Source: Eledone cirrhosa (taxonomy: Eukaryota). From it: 64,000 nt of DNA. The notes under the pieces were generated by a model that saw nothing but the letters and a program-made list of their open reading frames with translations, ran no database searches and was not told the origin of the DNA. Location of the stretch: NCBI GenBank assembly GCA_964016885.1, contig OZ024747.1:57164001-57228000 (forward strand). Direction: 5' to 3'. This document shows positions 52,943 through 64,000 of the stretch, piece after piece (the stretch's first letter is position 1; every line of letters starts with the position of its first letter). The position numbers and the translations under genes were made by a program.

Positions 52943-53004
52943 TTTTATTATATATATTTCGAAGGTACTGTGCTGTTTTTTCAGTATGTCCTCATCAGAT
53001 AAAA
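52943..53004 (-). ncRNA. Minimal type-I hammerhead ribozyme motif
   Basis: Minus TTTTAT-CTGATGA-GGAcaTACTG-loop-CAGTAccTTC-GAAA-TATATA-TA-ATAAAA: stem I 6/6, G10.1-C11.1 present, palindromic stem III region. Confidence 0.6.
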
Positions 53005-53147
53005 TACATGAATTGATGTATGACTTACCTCAACGGTCTTGAAAGTTCAATTCCAGTATTGGCAGTGATTTATTACAACATATCTCAACATTTATATACC
53101 ACAAATAATAACATGATAAACTTAAATTTAATTATATATATATATAA

Positions 53148-53332
53148 GCTCAAGCACAGAAATGCGATAAAGATAGCTTATAAAATAGGGTGAAGACCCT
53201 TAAGAGATAGCAAAAGAAGTGGAAGATACGAGGTTCATTTCCTCATAGCAACCAATGGCAACTTTTTTTCCATCTTTAAAGGGTTTTCACCCTATTTTAT
53301 AAGATATCTTTATAGCATTTCTGTGTTTGAGC
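53148..53332. repeat. Imperfect fold-back element
   Basis: GCTCAAGCACAGAAATGCGATAAAGATAGCTTATAAAATAGGGTGAAGACCCTT is inverse to AAGGGTTTTCACCCTATTTTATAAG...TTTCTGTGTTTGAGC. Confidence 0.75.
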
Positions 53333-53344
53333 ACTTTCTTTATA

Positions 53345-53380
<36 letters not shown>

Positions 53381-53444
53381 CATATATTCTCAGTGCTTCA
53401 AAAGCTGAAAATTCAGCTTCGTACATTATTTATATATATATATA

Positions 53445-53709
53445 TGAGATCGTGTAGGTGTCACGACAAAAAAACACACAGTCCACGCTGTAATGTGGCC
53501 GTGTAGGCAACACGGTAAAAACCTCCCAGACCCACACTGTAAATGTGGTTGGTGTTAGGAAGAGCATCCAACTGTAGAAAACCTGCCAGACAGTCCTATG
53601 CGAGCAAGACAACCACTCTTGCCTCAAGTGGGACTACCCCCGTCCAAACCCATGCAAGCGTGGAACACGGACGTTAAACGTTGATGATGATGATGATGAT
53701 GATGATGAT
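53445..53709 (+). mobile_element. RTE 3' UTR-only insertion
   Basis: Near-identical to 19773-20031. Confidence 0.85.
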
Positions 53710-54340
53710 ATATAATCATTATCGTTTAGTGTCCAATTGCCCTACTAACAATCGTGGCACATGTAATCACAGGCTGTTCAGTAGTTAAGTGGAGCCACTG
53801 ACTTCCAGGACTTCCGGGACACAACATTTGATCCAGTGTTCGACTGAGTACATTTTATTGTGGCACAACACCCAGAAAGTTGTCATGTTTTTGACACAAC
53901 TTAATAGTCTACCTGACACTTTGCTTGCCAGGTTTTCTATCATTGGATGTCCTTCCTCACACCAATTATGTTTACATTGAGGAAATAGGTGTTCCCATTA
54001 TAAGGAGAGTCTGGCCAGTTGGTTGTGCAATCCCCTGCTCATAGTGAAACCGTATTTTGGGAGCTGGGTGGTCTTGTTATGAGGGAGCCTGGCCAGTTGG
54101 TTGTGCTGTACCTTGCTCATAGCAAGACTTTTTATTTTGTACTTTTCACTAGCACGCCATATATATGTATACCTGCTTGCTGTAGAATGGTGAGGGCTCC
54201 ACTGTTGAGCAGAAAATCTTTATAAAATATATATATCATCAGGAATTCCTGATAATTTCTTATAAATGAAACAGTTCTAGTCCTGTAGAGGGCATTACTA
54301 TATAAAAAAAATATATATTTCCATATATATATATATAAAA

Positions 54341-54627
54341 GGGTAAAGACCCCCTTCTGTCACAAGTGACCATGGGAGTTGTACCTTGGAGGCACAAGTC
54401 TGGGCAATGTTGTTTGTGGAAGACCAGCCCTCACCAATGCAAACCAAGGAAAAGGCAATGGCTGATACAGCTTGGCACCAGTGACTCGCAACTCATTTCT
54501 ACAGCAACTGTAGCAACATGAAATAAAGTGTCTTACTGAAGGACACAGCACATCCCCTGGTCCAAAAAGTGAACAAACAACCTACCAATTCCAAGCCCAA
54601 TGCTCTAACCACTAAACCATGTGCCTT
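54341..54627 (-). mobile_element. Older tRNA-head SINE with a different 3' tail
   Basis: Head and core resemble family 1 (AACCACTAAACCATGTGCC; GAAATAAAGTGTCTT), but the tail ends GGTCACTTGTGACAGAAGGGGGTCTTTACCCTTT on the minus strand. Confidence 0.65.
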
Positions 54628-54661
54628 CACACACACACACACACATATATATGTGTGTGTG

Positions 54662-54700
<39 letters not shown>

Positions 54701-55086
54701 AAAGAGAGACAGACAAACAGATGACCATAAAAATTAATATCTGTAGTTAGATGCATATTTGTAATTTTCATATATTCTTTTCTAGTATATTTGATAACTT
54801 TTTAAATGGATTTACAGTCAAGAATGGAAGAAATATTCTGGTTAGTGGATGGGGTGGTCACATGTGGCTGGGGTGCTTGGATAATAAAGCTGGTGAAGGG
54901 TTTGTTTCGGAATCAATAACTTCATTCAATAAATGCTTCATTTCACTTGGTATTCACTCTGGCATAAAAGCAATTGAAATTGTCGTAGATAAACAGATAT
55001 TAGCATTTCTGGGAATTGTTATTATCATTGCTATTATTAATATTGTTATCGTTATTATTATTATTAATATTATTATTTTATTATTA

Positions 55087-55144
<58 letters not shown>

Positions 55145-55223
55145 CACACACATGTATATGTTTGTGTATATATGCCAGAGTGTAAGTGTGTTTTTTTAGT
55201 AGAAGTGCTTTCAAATTTACAAT

Positions 55224-55570
55224 GTGAAGTGTTCCGCATTGCAAGGCAGTGTATCAGTGTGAATTGTGATGTTGTTGGGGAAAAGTATGTTAGAAATGAC
55301 ACTGGTGCACTTAGCGCCACCGATGCTCAAAAGAAAGAGACCTGGAAATGTTACTATGAGATGCTGATTAATGTAGAACATGAACAGGATGAAAAGAGAC
55401 TACCCCTAACTTACCCAACAGAAAGACCAGCTATTGAAATTGACGGTTATAAAGTCAAAGAAGTAGTCAAGGAGATGAAGAATGGTAAAGCTGCAGAACC
55501 ATCAAAGCATTGAGAGAATTAGGAGCCAAATTAGTAACTCGCATAGTCAATCAGGTAATATAGGGAGATG
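55224..55570 (+). pseudogene. Degenerate internal RTE fragment
   Basis: EVFRIARQCISVNCDVVGEKYVRNDTGALS...MKNGKAAEPS is homologous to the 57463-60351 ORF. Confidence 0.75.
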
Positions 55571-56300
55571 TACATGGGTATACCTAGAAGAACAGGTAAA
55601 ATTCCTTTGATGCTGTTGCACCAGATAATAATAATGAGTATATATATATATATATATAATAATAATAATGAAAATTATTGTGTACAGTGCTCAGGTGCAC
55701 AACAACTCAGGTATTCCTTAAAACGACTTGAGAGTCACTGATCAATTTCTCTAATATACAACAGACCACAGATTTGGTATTGTGTGTACTTTTGTATGCA
55801 GTTCTGTTTTTTTTTTTTTTTTTTTTCCTAGAGACTCTTCATATTTATATCATGCAAAACTACATCCGGTATGAGAGCTGAAGAGGTTAGATGATATTTG
55901 TATGATCTTGTCTCATTCATTTTCTTCATTTTCTCATCTCTTCCTATCACTTCTGAAGGCCAACACATTTCTAGCCATTGATTTCTGTCCTTTGAGGTTA
56001 ATTTTACCCAACGCCATCATTGACGGCATTTTGCTGTTTTAACAGCATTTCTTGCTTTGAGTATCTCTCATTATTTTATGAATTCTAATACACTCACACT
56101 TCTACTTGTTCTTCAAGAAAACTTTGTTTACACATATATATAGGAAAGGAATCAGGACCCACTCTGCTACCCTAAGTATCGAGTACTCTGGTGCATTATG
56201 GTACACCTGGTTTCTTACCACACTTTCTTTGTTTTATATGTATATATATATATAAAACAGAAAATTTTCGCTCTACATGGCTGAATACAATAAATGTAAT

Positions 56301-56551
56301 CTGAGTTTTTCGAATATTAATAATAACATTCGATTTGTTTGCAATTATGCAAATGAGCCTTAATTTTATAGCCATGTCAGTAGAATGAACCCTCAATTCT
56401 TGCTCTTGTGTTGGCGTGTGAACAGAATTGTTCACACGGCAACACAAGAGCAAGAATGAAGTGTTCATTCTACTGACATGGCTATAAAATTGAAGCTTGT
56501 TTGCATAATTACAAATGAATCAAATGTTATTATTAATATTCGAAAAACTCA
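56301..56551. repeat. Fold-back element, ~120-bp arms, minimal loop
   Basis: GAGTTTTTCGAATATTAATAATAACATT...CGTGTGAACA-GAAT-TGTTCACACG...AATGTTATTATTAATATTCGAAAAACTC. Confidence 0.85.
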
Positions 56552-56594
<43 letters not shown>

Positions 56595-56614
56595 TATGTA
56601 TATATATGTATATG

Positions 56615-56673
<59 letters not shown>

Positions 56674-57094
56674 GTATATTTAAAAGAATAGAGGTGTAAA
56701 ACACTAGTTGTGATATATTGGTAAAAGGAAAAGAAAATGCTGACAAATTGTTCCCAGTGAAAAATAGTTTAATTAGGAATAAGTAAAAATTAGTAATAAG
56801 TATTGGTTAGTATTCAGTTTTGATTTAAAGTTTTTACCGGTTGCACATTTCTAATGCTTTTCAAAAATAATTTTGAGATAGAGTGCCCGTGATGTTTGCT
56901 CTAATCTGATCAGTTTTGAAAATTCTACCTGTTTTATGTGAAAAAAGTGGCTCCAGAGGTATTAAAATAAGTTTCACGCCAATTCGTGTTGCAAAAATTC
57001 TTGTGGTCAAAACAATTTTGATTGGTCGGTGGAGGTCACGTGAATGTTAAAAATTGATTTTGCGCCAAATGTAGGTTTGTCGTATCGACCAATC

Positions 57095-57158
<64 letters not shown>

Positions 57159-57162
<4 letters not shown>

Positions 57163-60100
57163 TCATCATCATCATCATCACCGTTTTACGTCCGTTCTTC
57201 CACGCTAGCATGGGTTAGACGGGTTGTCCTGTTGTGGGCAGTGTCTGGTCGGCTGACCATGCCTTGCTCATACAGGAACTGATCTGGCTTGATTTCTACA
57301 GCTGGATGCCCTTCCTAATACCAACCTCATTTACAGTGAGTGCTGGGTGCTTTTTCGTGGCGCCTACACGTCCACTTTACAGTGTGGGCTGGGTGCTTTT
57401 TTGCCGTGGCACCTCCACGACCACCTTGCGGTGGGGGGGGGGGGGCATATTGTTTATATGCTTCAGCATGTACCCATGGGAGGTCGGGTACCCTGTATTA
57501 CTGCGTGACGCCAGAAGTCACGGTCGTGTGTCATTGACTTTGAGAGGTGTAGTTGGGTAAGGTCGGCTTTTATCACCTCATCCCAAGTCATCTTGGGTCT
57601 CCCCACTCCGCGGTTTCCATCAACTTCTAGTGCTCTGCACCTTTTTATGCAGCTGTCATCCTTCATACGCATCACATGTCCATACCAGCGTAACCGCCTC
57701 TCCTGCACGCAGCATTTGATTCCTCTTATGCTCAGTCTCTCTCTCAATTCATTTATGCTTTGTCGTTCACGTATATTACTGTTACACATCCATCGGAGCA
57801 TGCAGGCTTCGTTTCTCTCTAATCTACGTAAGTCTTCCACCTTCAGCGCCCAGGTCTCACTACCATGCAACATCGCTGTTCGGATACACGCATCATACAG
57901 TCTGCCTTTCATTCTGAGGGAGAAGCCTTTTGCAGCTAGCAGTGGTAGTAGTTCCCTAAACTTCTTCCATCCCGTTCTTACCCTAGTTATTGTACTTTCT
58001 GAGCACCCACCTCCGTTGCTAATTCGGTCACCTAGGTAGCAGAAGCTGTCTACTGTTTCTACAGGGCCCTCCCAGAGATTGGTGGTACTTGTTTCCTGTG
58101 GCTGTTTGCTTGCTGTTTCAGCACAGCTGCTGCATGTGAATCCTACATTCTTAATTAAGCTTCCTGAGATCCCGCTACATCTCTTGTGTACCCATTGTTT
58201 GCATTTGGGGCAAAGAATGGAGTTCCTACCTACACCTTTCCTACATACTGAGCAAGGCCATTTCCCTGAGGGGATCTGGGTTCTGTTTTCTCGTCTACTT
58301 ATAAGGACCTTAGTCTTTGTCATGTTGACTTTGAGGCCCTTTCTCTCTAGTCCCTGCTTCCAGGTTTGGAATTTATTCTCTAGTTCTACCATAGATTCAG
58401 CTATGAGTGCGAGGTCATCAGCATACAGGAGTTCCCATGGGCATCCGGTCTTAAACTCCTCCGTTATTGCCTGCAGGACTATGATGAACAGGAGAGGGCT
58501 AAGAACAGAGCCCTGGTGGACCCCAACCTGTACGCTAAATTCCTCGCTATACTCATTGCCAATCCTAACTTTGCTGACTGCTCCCCTATACATGGCTTGT
58601 ACCGCTTTCACAAGCCATTCATCTACTCCTAGTTTTCTAAGAGCCCACCAGATTACTGCACGTGGAACTCTGTCAAAGGCTTTCTCAAGGTCGACAAATG
58701 CCAAGTAGAGTGGCTTACTTTTAGCTAGGTACTTTTCCTGTAATTGCCTCACAAGGAAGAGCGCATCAGTGGTGCCTTTCCCTGGAACAAACCCAAATTG
58801 CATCTCGTCTATATTCACCCGGTCCCTAATCAGCTGTGCTATAACTCTTTCTGTTACTTTCATGACCTGGTCCATCAACTTTATACCTCTATAGTTTCCT
58901 CTATCTAGTGCATCGCCTTTACCTTTGTAGCAGTTGACAATGATGCTACTGCACCAATCTTTTGGTATGGCCCCCTCTAGTATTACCTGGTTAACGATAC
59001 GTGTGGTTATAGTGTGACCTACAGACCCAGATGCCTTCAGCATCTCGGCAGCTATACCCGATGGACCGGTTGCCTTCCCTATCTTCATATCTCTGATTGC
59101 CTTACTTACTACGCTGCCGCTGACTTGTACTGCTGGTCCCTCTATAGGGTCTACGTGGGGTAGGGTCTCTTCTTCCCATGCATTCTCCTCATTTAGTAAT
59201 CTATCATAATGACTCTTCCATGCATCTTTCTTCTCAGCACTTGTGAGGGCAAGCTCACCTTTATCATTCCGGATACACTTCTCTCCAATGACATCACAAC
59301 TATCTCTGACACACTGCCTCGCAATCTTGAATACCTCCTGTTTCTGGTCCTCACGTTGTAAAACATGCTTGAATTTTCTATCCTCTGCTTCCCTCCTAGC
59401 TAAGTATACTTGTCGCCTAGCTTCCCTCTTGGTCTCTATGTAATGTACCCTGCTCCCCCCGTTCTTCCATTCTTTCCATGCCTGTCTCTTGGCCTTGACT
59501 GCTTCATCTACCTTATTGTTCCACCACCAAGTCACTCTCCTCCTGCTTGAGGTCTTACTCCAGCCACAAACCTCATCCGTCGCCTCTAGTAAGTTATTTT
59601 TTAGGAACTCCCAGTTCTCTTCTACGTTAAATGTCTCTATCTGTTCTTCTTTACTGTCGTAGGCGTTGAGTAAAATATCTTTAAATCTGTTACTGGTTGA
59701 GGGGACTTTCAGCTTCCAGATCTTTCTTCTCCAGGTTGGCCTCTGTTTCAGGGCTCGTCTAGTTCTGACCGTGAGGTCGCTGACAACTAAGCTATGTTGG
59801 GATGTACATTCCTCACTAGGGAAGGCTTTTGTGTTTACGACCGTCCATCTGTCACGTCCTCTGATGAGGATAAAATCTAACTGACTAGAGTGCTCCCCTG
59901 ATCTATAGGTGATCAGGTGGTTGTCGGGTTTTTTAAAGTTTGTGTTACATATCGACATGTCATTGGCGTCGCAGAATTCTAGAAGTCTGAATCCTTCCTC
60001 ATTCCTTGTGCCAACTCCATGGCCTCCATGTACTCTATTGAAGCCGTCGCAGTGTTTACCTACGTGTCCGTTAAAATCTCCTGCAATGATTAGGAAGTCC

Positions 60101-60194
60101 TTGTCGTCTGTTAGAGCAGTAGTGTGTATTAGGGACTCGTAAAACCTATCCTTAAGTTCGTCTGGCAGCCCCGATTGGGGTGCGTAAGCTGATA
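57159..60194 (-). mobile_element. 5'-truncated RTE LINE (PHD-bearing family, second subfamily) with open partial EN + RT ORF
   Basis: About 910 aa open from SAYAPQ: GDFNGHVG, LDFIL, SQHSLV, NYRGIKL, LLYADD, C4HC3 finger, LRWYGH. The N-terminal EN part is replaced by microsatellite; 3' UTR and (CAT)n present. Confidence 0.93.
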
Positions 60195-60255
60195 GATACA
60201 TATGTATATATATATATGTATACATATGTATATATATATATATATATATGCATAC

Positions 60256-60301
<46 letters not shown>

Positions 60302-61118
60302 GTATATATATATATGTATGCATGTAAATAAATACATACACAGAGACACACTCATACAATGGGTTTCTGCAGTGTCTGTCTACAAAGTTTCTTTTACAAA
60401 GCATTGTTTAATCTGAAGCTATAATGGTTTCTGATTAAGACACAAGTCCAACAATTTTTGGGAAGAGTAAAGTCAATTAAATCAACAGCAATGTGTTATT
60501 TGTACTTTATTTTAATGACCCATTAAAGATGAAGGACAAAACTAACCTCAGCAGGATTTGAACTCTAAACATAAAAGGACATAACTATATGCTGCAAAGC
60601 ATGTTGGCTTCTCTATGAATACTTCCAATCAACAGCTTAATCTGAGATTATAAATGAAGACCCTTATCAAAGAGGCTATGAAGTAGGATGGAACACAGGA
60701 ACACAAAATTATGTGGATAGACACACATACTTATATTTACACTCAGTCAGGATTCTTAAGAAATAAATGTATTGCTAAAAATTGCATTTTATGAAATGTT
60801 TCATATTGTAATATATTTTCTTGTATAACATTCGATAATTTTCGAAATAATGGCAGCACCTTATAATTTCTTTGGATAAATTCCATATTAAAATGCAAAC
60901 CATGCTGCTGTTTTTTAATATTTAGAGTTATTATACTTGTCAATTCTGGCAATAAGATATATATTGACTACTAATAAATCAACATGTACACATATACATA
61001 GACTATATATAGGTATATACACACACATATATATATATATATATTTGCATACATATGAAACATATATATATATATATTATCATCATCATTATTATTTTAG
61101 ATGCAGTTTCTATCCGCT

Positions 61119-61171
<53 letters not shown>

Positions 61172-61310
61172 CTATCTATATATATATATATATGAATGAA
61201 GTATTTCCGTCGGAAAGGAATAGTAAAATAGAGTGCTCTATGTAGGCTACAGAGCTTATGTAGTTATGTAATAAACAACATCATATTTAATAAAAACACC
61301 ATGTTATTTA

Positions 61311-61372
61311 TTCATTTCTGACGACTGAAGACAGATATAATATCTGCCTTCAAGAAACCACTGGTAAATGAA
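61311..61372 (+). ncRNA. Type-I hammerhead ribozyme motif (same family as 50672)
   Basis: TTCATT-t-CTGACGA-cTGAAGaCAGATAT-A-ATATCTGcCTTCAa-GAAACC-ACT-GGTA-AATGAA; inside 21-bp inverted ends at 61261 and ~61384-61404. Confidence 0.65.
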
Positions 61373-61398
61373 ATAATTATCTTATGTTGTTTATTACA

Positions 61399-61434
<36 letters not shown>

Positions 61435-61602
61435 CACACATATATATATATATATATAAAATTCGGTTTTTCGCTCAAACATAGCAGATACATAAATGTA
61501 TTTGTGAGTTTTAAACTATATTTTTCAGATGACTATCACCATCCTTTTGTTCTAGCAGTGACAGAGAAAAACAATTGACAAAGTTGTTTCTGAGTTATTG
61601 CC

Positions 61603-61802
61603 NNNNNNNNNNNNNNNNNNNNNNNNNNNNNNNNNNNNNNNNNNNNNNNNNNNNNNNNNNNNNNNNNNNNNNNNNNNNNNNNNNNNNNNNNNNNNNNNNN
61701 NNNNNNNNNNNNNNNNNNNNNNNNNNNNNNNNNNNNNNNNNNNNNNNNNNNNNNNNNNNNNNNNNNNNNNNNNNNNNNNNNNNNNNNNNNNNNNNNNNNN
61801 NN
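61603..61802. other. Assembly gap (200 N)
   Basis: Run of N. Confidence 1.
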
Positions 61803-62209
61803 AACAAGTAGTTCTATAAGGAGATATTTTACACATATGTTTGTGTGCATGTTTGTTTATATGTGTATATATATATATATATGTATATATTCAAGTAAAT
61901 GTATATATATAACTGAACTGAGTTGTTTGAATTTGTGTGTGGAACTATATACCTACATATGTATATATAAGCAAACAGAAGTCTGATGAGCTTTTGATTC
62001 CAGACTTGGGCCCAATCGATAGGGATCTAACCTTGAGCTGATCAATCCCGGAACGCATGTCACGCTGTAATAAACTCAATGAAAATTTGACACTTCATCC
62101 ATACTTATTATTAATCTTACACTCTGCTTAATACAACCCCTATGTACATACTGGAGACTACACATCGAGTGCTCACCTTGGTTAACCAACAGTAACTTGA
62201 CATATATAT

Positions 62210-62267
<58 letters not shown>

Positions 62268-62270
<3 letters not shown>

Positions 62271-62618
62271 TTTTGCGAGGTTTTTTATATGAAATCGTGT
62301 GTCGAAACAGATATTGTTATATTTGGGGAGGGTCATATTTGCGTAATATTGCCAGAATTAATAACAGAACACACTCACTGTTTGGTTGGTTTTCGCTTCT
62401 CGCTGTCTTTTATATATATATATCTGCGATCTAACTTACTCGGTCCTCAATGGCCCTTTTTGACCGCCGATCAGTCAATGGCAACATTGAGGACCGAGTA
62501 AGTTAGATCGCAGATATATATATATAAAAGACAGCGAGAAGCGAAAACCAACCAAACAGTGAGTGTGTTCTGTTATTAATTCTGGCAATATTACGCAAAT
62601 ATGACCCTCCCCAAATAT

Positions 62619-62626
<8 letters not shown>
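62268..62626. mobile_element. Fold-back element, ~140-bp apparently perfect arms
   Basis: Arms 62311-62452 and 62485-62626 with a ~32-bp spacer; homologous to 37138-38077. Confidence 0.85.
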
Positions 62627-62674
<48 letters not shown>

Positions 62675-63485
62675 AAGAGCTTTCAAATTTAATCATTTGA
62701 AAACATTTTGATTACATTTGAAGAAAGTTTTAAGAAAATGTTTGATATATTTGTGTAAAGTTTTGAGAAAAATTTTAAAGAAAGTTTTGAAAATTTTAGG
62801 AAGAATATTTTCGAAGAAATGCTTTAAATAGAAACATTTTGTAATATTTTGCCGAAATTTGTTTTAGTAAATATTCTAGAAAATTTTGAGGAACTATTTG
62901 AAAAATTTGTTGAAAATTCTGAGTGAACTTTAGTGAAAATGTTTTCAAAAGATTTTCTTAAAATTTAAAGGAAACTCTTTGAAGAAATTATTGGGGAAGA
63001 TTTTCAAAGAAAATTTTGATGAAGATTTTTTTAAATTTTGAGAAAACCTTTTTAAATCTTAAAAATAATTTTCAAGAAATATGTGAAAATGTTTTGAAGA
63101 AAAGTTTTGGCAAAGCTTTTTGGAAAATTTTGAGGAAACCTTTGGAAAATTTTTAACAATAATACAAACACTAATCATATGATAAATATTTTTGGACCAT
63201 TACATACCTTCACTTTAAATTACCTTTCAAATCTAACTGTCTGTTTGTTCTCTTACACTCTGTCACTAAAACACTACCACATCACCATCATCACCACTAT
63301 CATCATCATCATATCTGTTTCTAACAGGAAATATAAAAAGAAAAAGAAAAAATATTTGCAATTCAATTCTTACTTCATTTTTCTAAATATATAAAGGAAA
63401 GAAAATATGATTTTGGAAAATTATTTTCTTCTTTTGTTATATATTTTTTCTCAAAATATTAACTTTTCAAAGCAGAATCTTCTTA

Positions 63486-63651
63486 GAGGGTCGACGCCAT
63501 GCTTCCCAGCATAGAGTTACGCCCCTTTACGTTATGAGTTCAAATCCTGCCGAGGTTAAATTTGCCTTCATCCTTACAAGGTCGATAAAATAAAGCACCA
63601 GTAATACACTGGGGTAATTGCTGGCCTTGCGCCAAAAGTAGAAACAATTAT
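63486..63651 (+). mobile_element. SINE family 2
   Basis: Matches 45100-45267. Confidence 0.75.
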
Positions 63652-64000
63652 TTCTGTTAATTAATTTTATGATTACAAATTCTTAGGTAAATATTATTGT
63701 TTCATCATAAGTAGAAAAAATCTCTTGAGCTGGGTTTTCTATAATGTCAGTTGGACCACCTTCGGTTCCAGTTATTTGATCAGTGGAACAATCTTCTCAT
63801 TTAATTAACAATGTTCAAGTGGTTAAAGCATTCCATAGACGTGTGTACCCTTAGAGCAATTCTCAGGGAAATTCAGTGTGACACATTGTGAGACAAGGTT
63901 GGCTGTTTTAATTACAGGTACCACACGTGTTTTCCTACCGAGTTGTCTGGAGCAATGTGAGATAATGCTATCAGATATTGAACTCATGGTCTTAACACAG

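Noticed and set aside
55878-55920. CTGAAGAG as a hammerhead core (likewise 12454, 28360, 59861)
   Set aside because: No properly placed stem II + GAAA + stem I; at most decayed remnants or chance matches.
57593-60142. Plus-strand ORFs overlapping LINE ORFs (similar ones at 3686-6402 and 16940-17755)
   Set aside because: Antisense shadows of RT-coding sequence.
61536-61850. ORFs containing X runs
   Set aside because: They span the 200-N assembly gap.

Overview
AT-rich, repeat-saturated eukaryotic DNA. It is most likely an octopus or other cephalopod; this is inferred from the tRNA-derived SINEs with RTE tails, the RTE LINEs and the very large (TA)n tracts. No host protein-coding gene can be called with confidence, only a few candidate small exons. 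The window holds: (i) one apparently intact full-length RTE/BovB-like LINE on the minus strand (APE endonuclease + RT + three C2H2 fingers) with a structured 5' leader and a 3' stem-loop; (ii) several 5'-truncated copies of a second RTE family with a PHD-like C4HC3 finger after the RT domain; (iii) about 10 copies of a tRNA-head SINE sharing its 3' tail with that RTE family, plus a second short SINE; (iv) mariner-, hAT- and piggyBac-type non-autonomous DNA elements; (v) minisatellites and a 200-N gap. The most unusual signal is a dense set of short, ORF-less elements embedded in (TA)n tracts. Many are palindromic or fold-back, and about a dozen carry type-I hammerhead-ribozyme cores (stem I-CUGANGA-stem II-GAAA-stem III-NUH-stem I), a few apparently intact and with covarying stems. 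These look like Penelope-like-element-derived or retrozyme-like non-autonomous elements. All structures were paired by eye and none was computationally verified.
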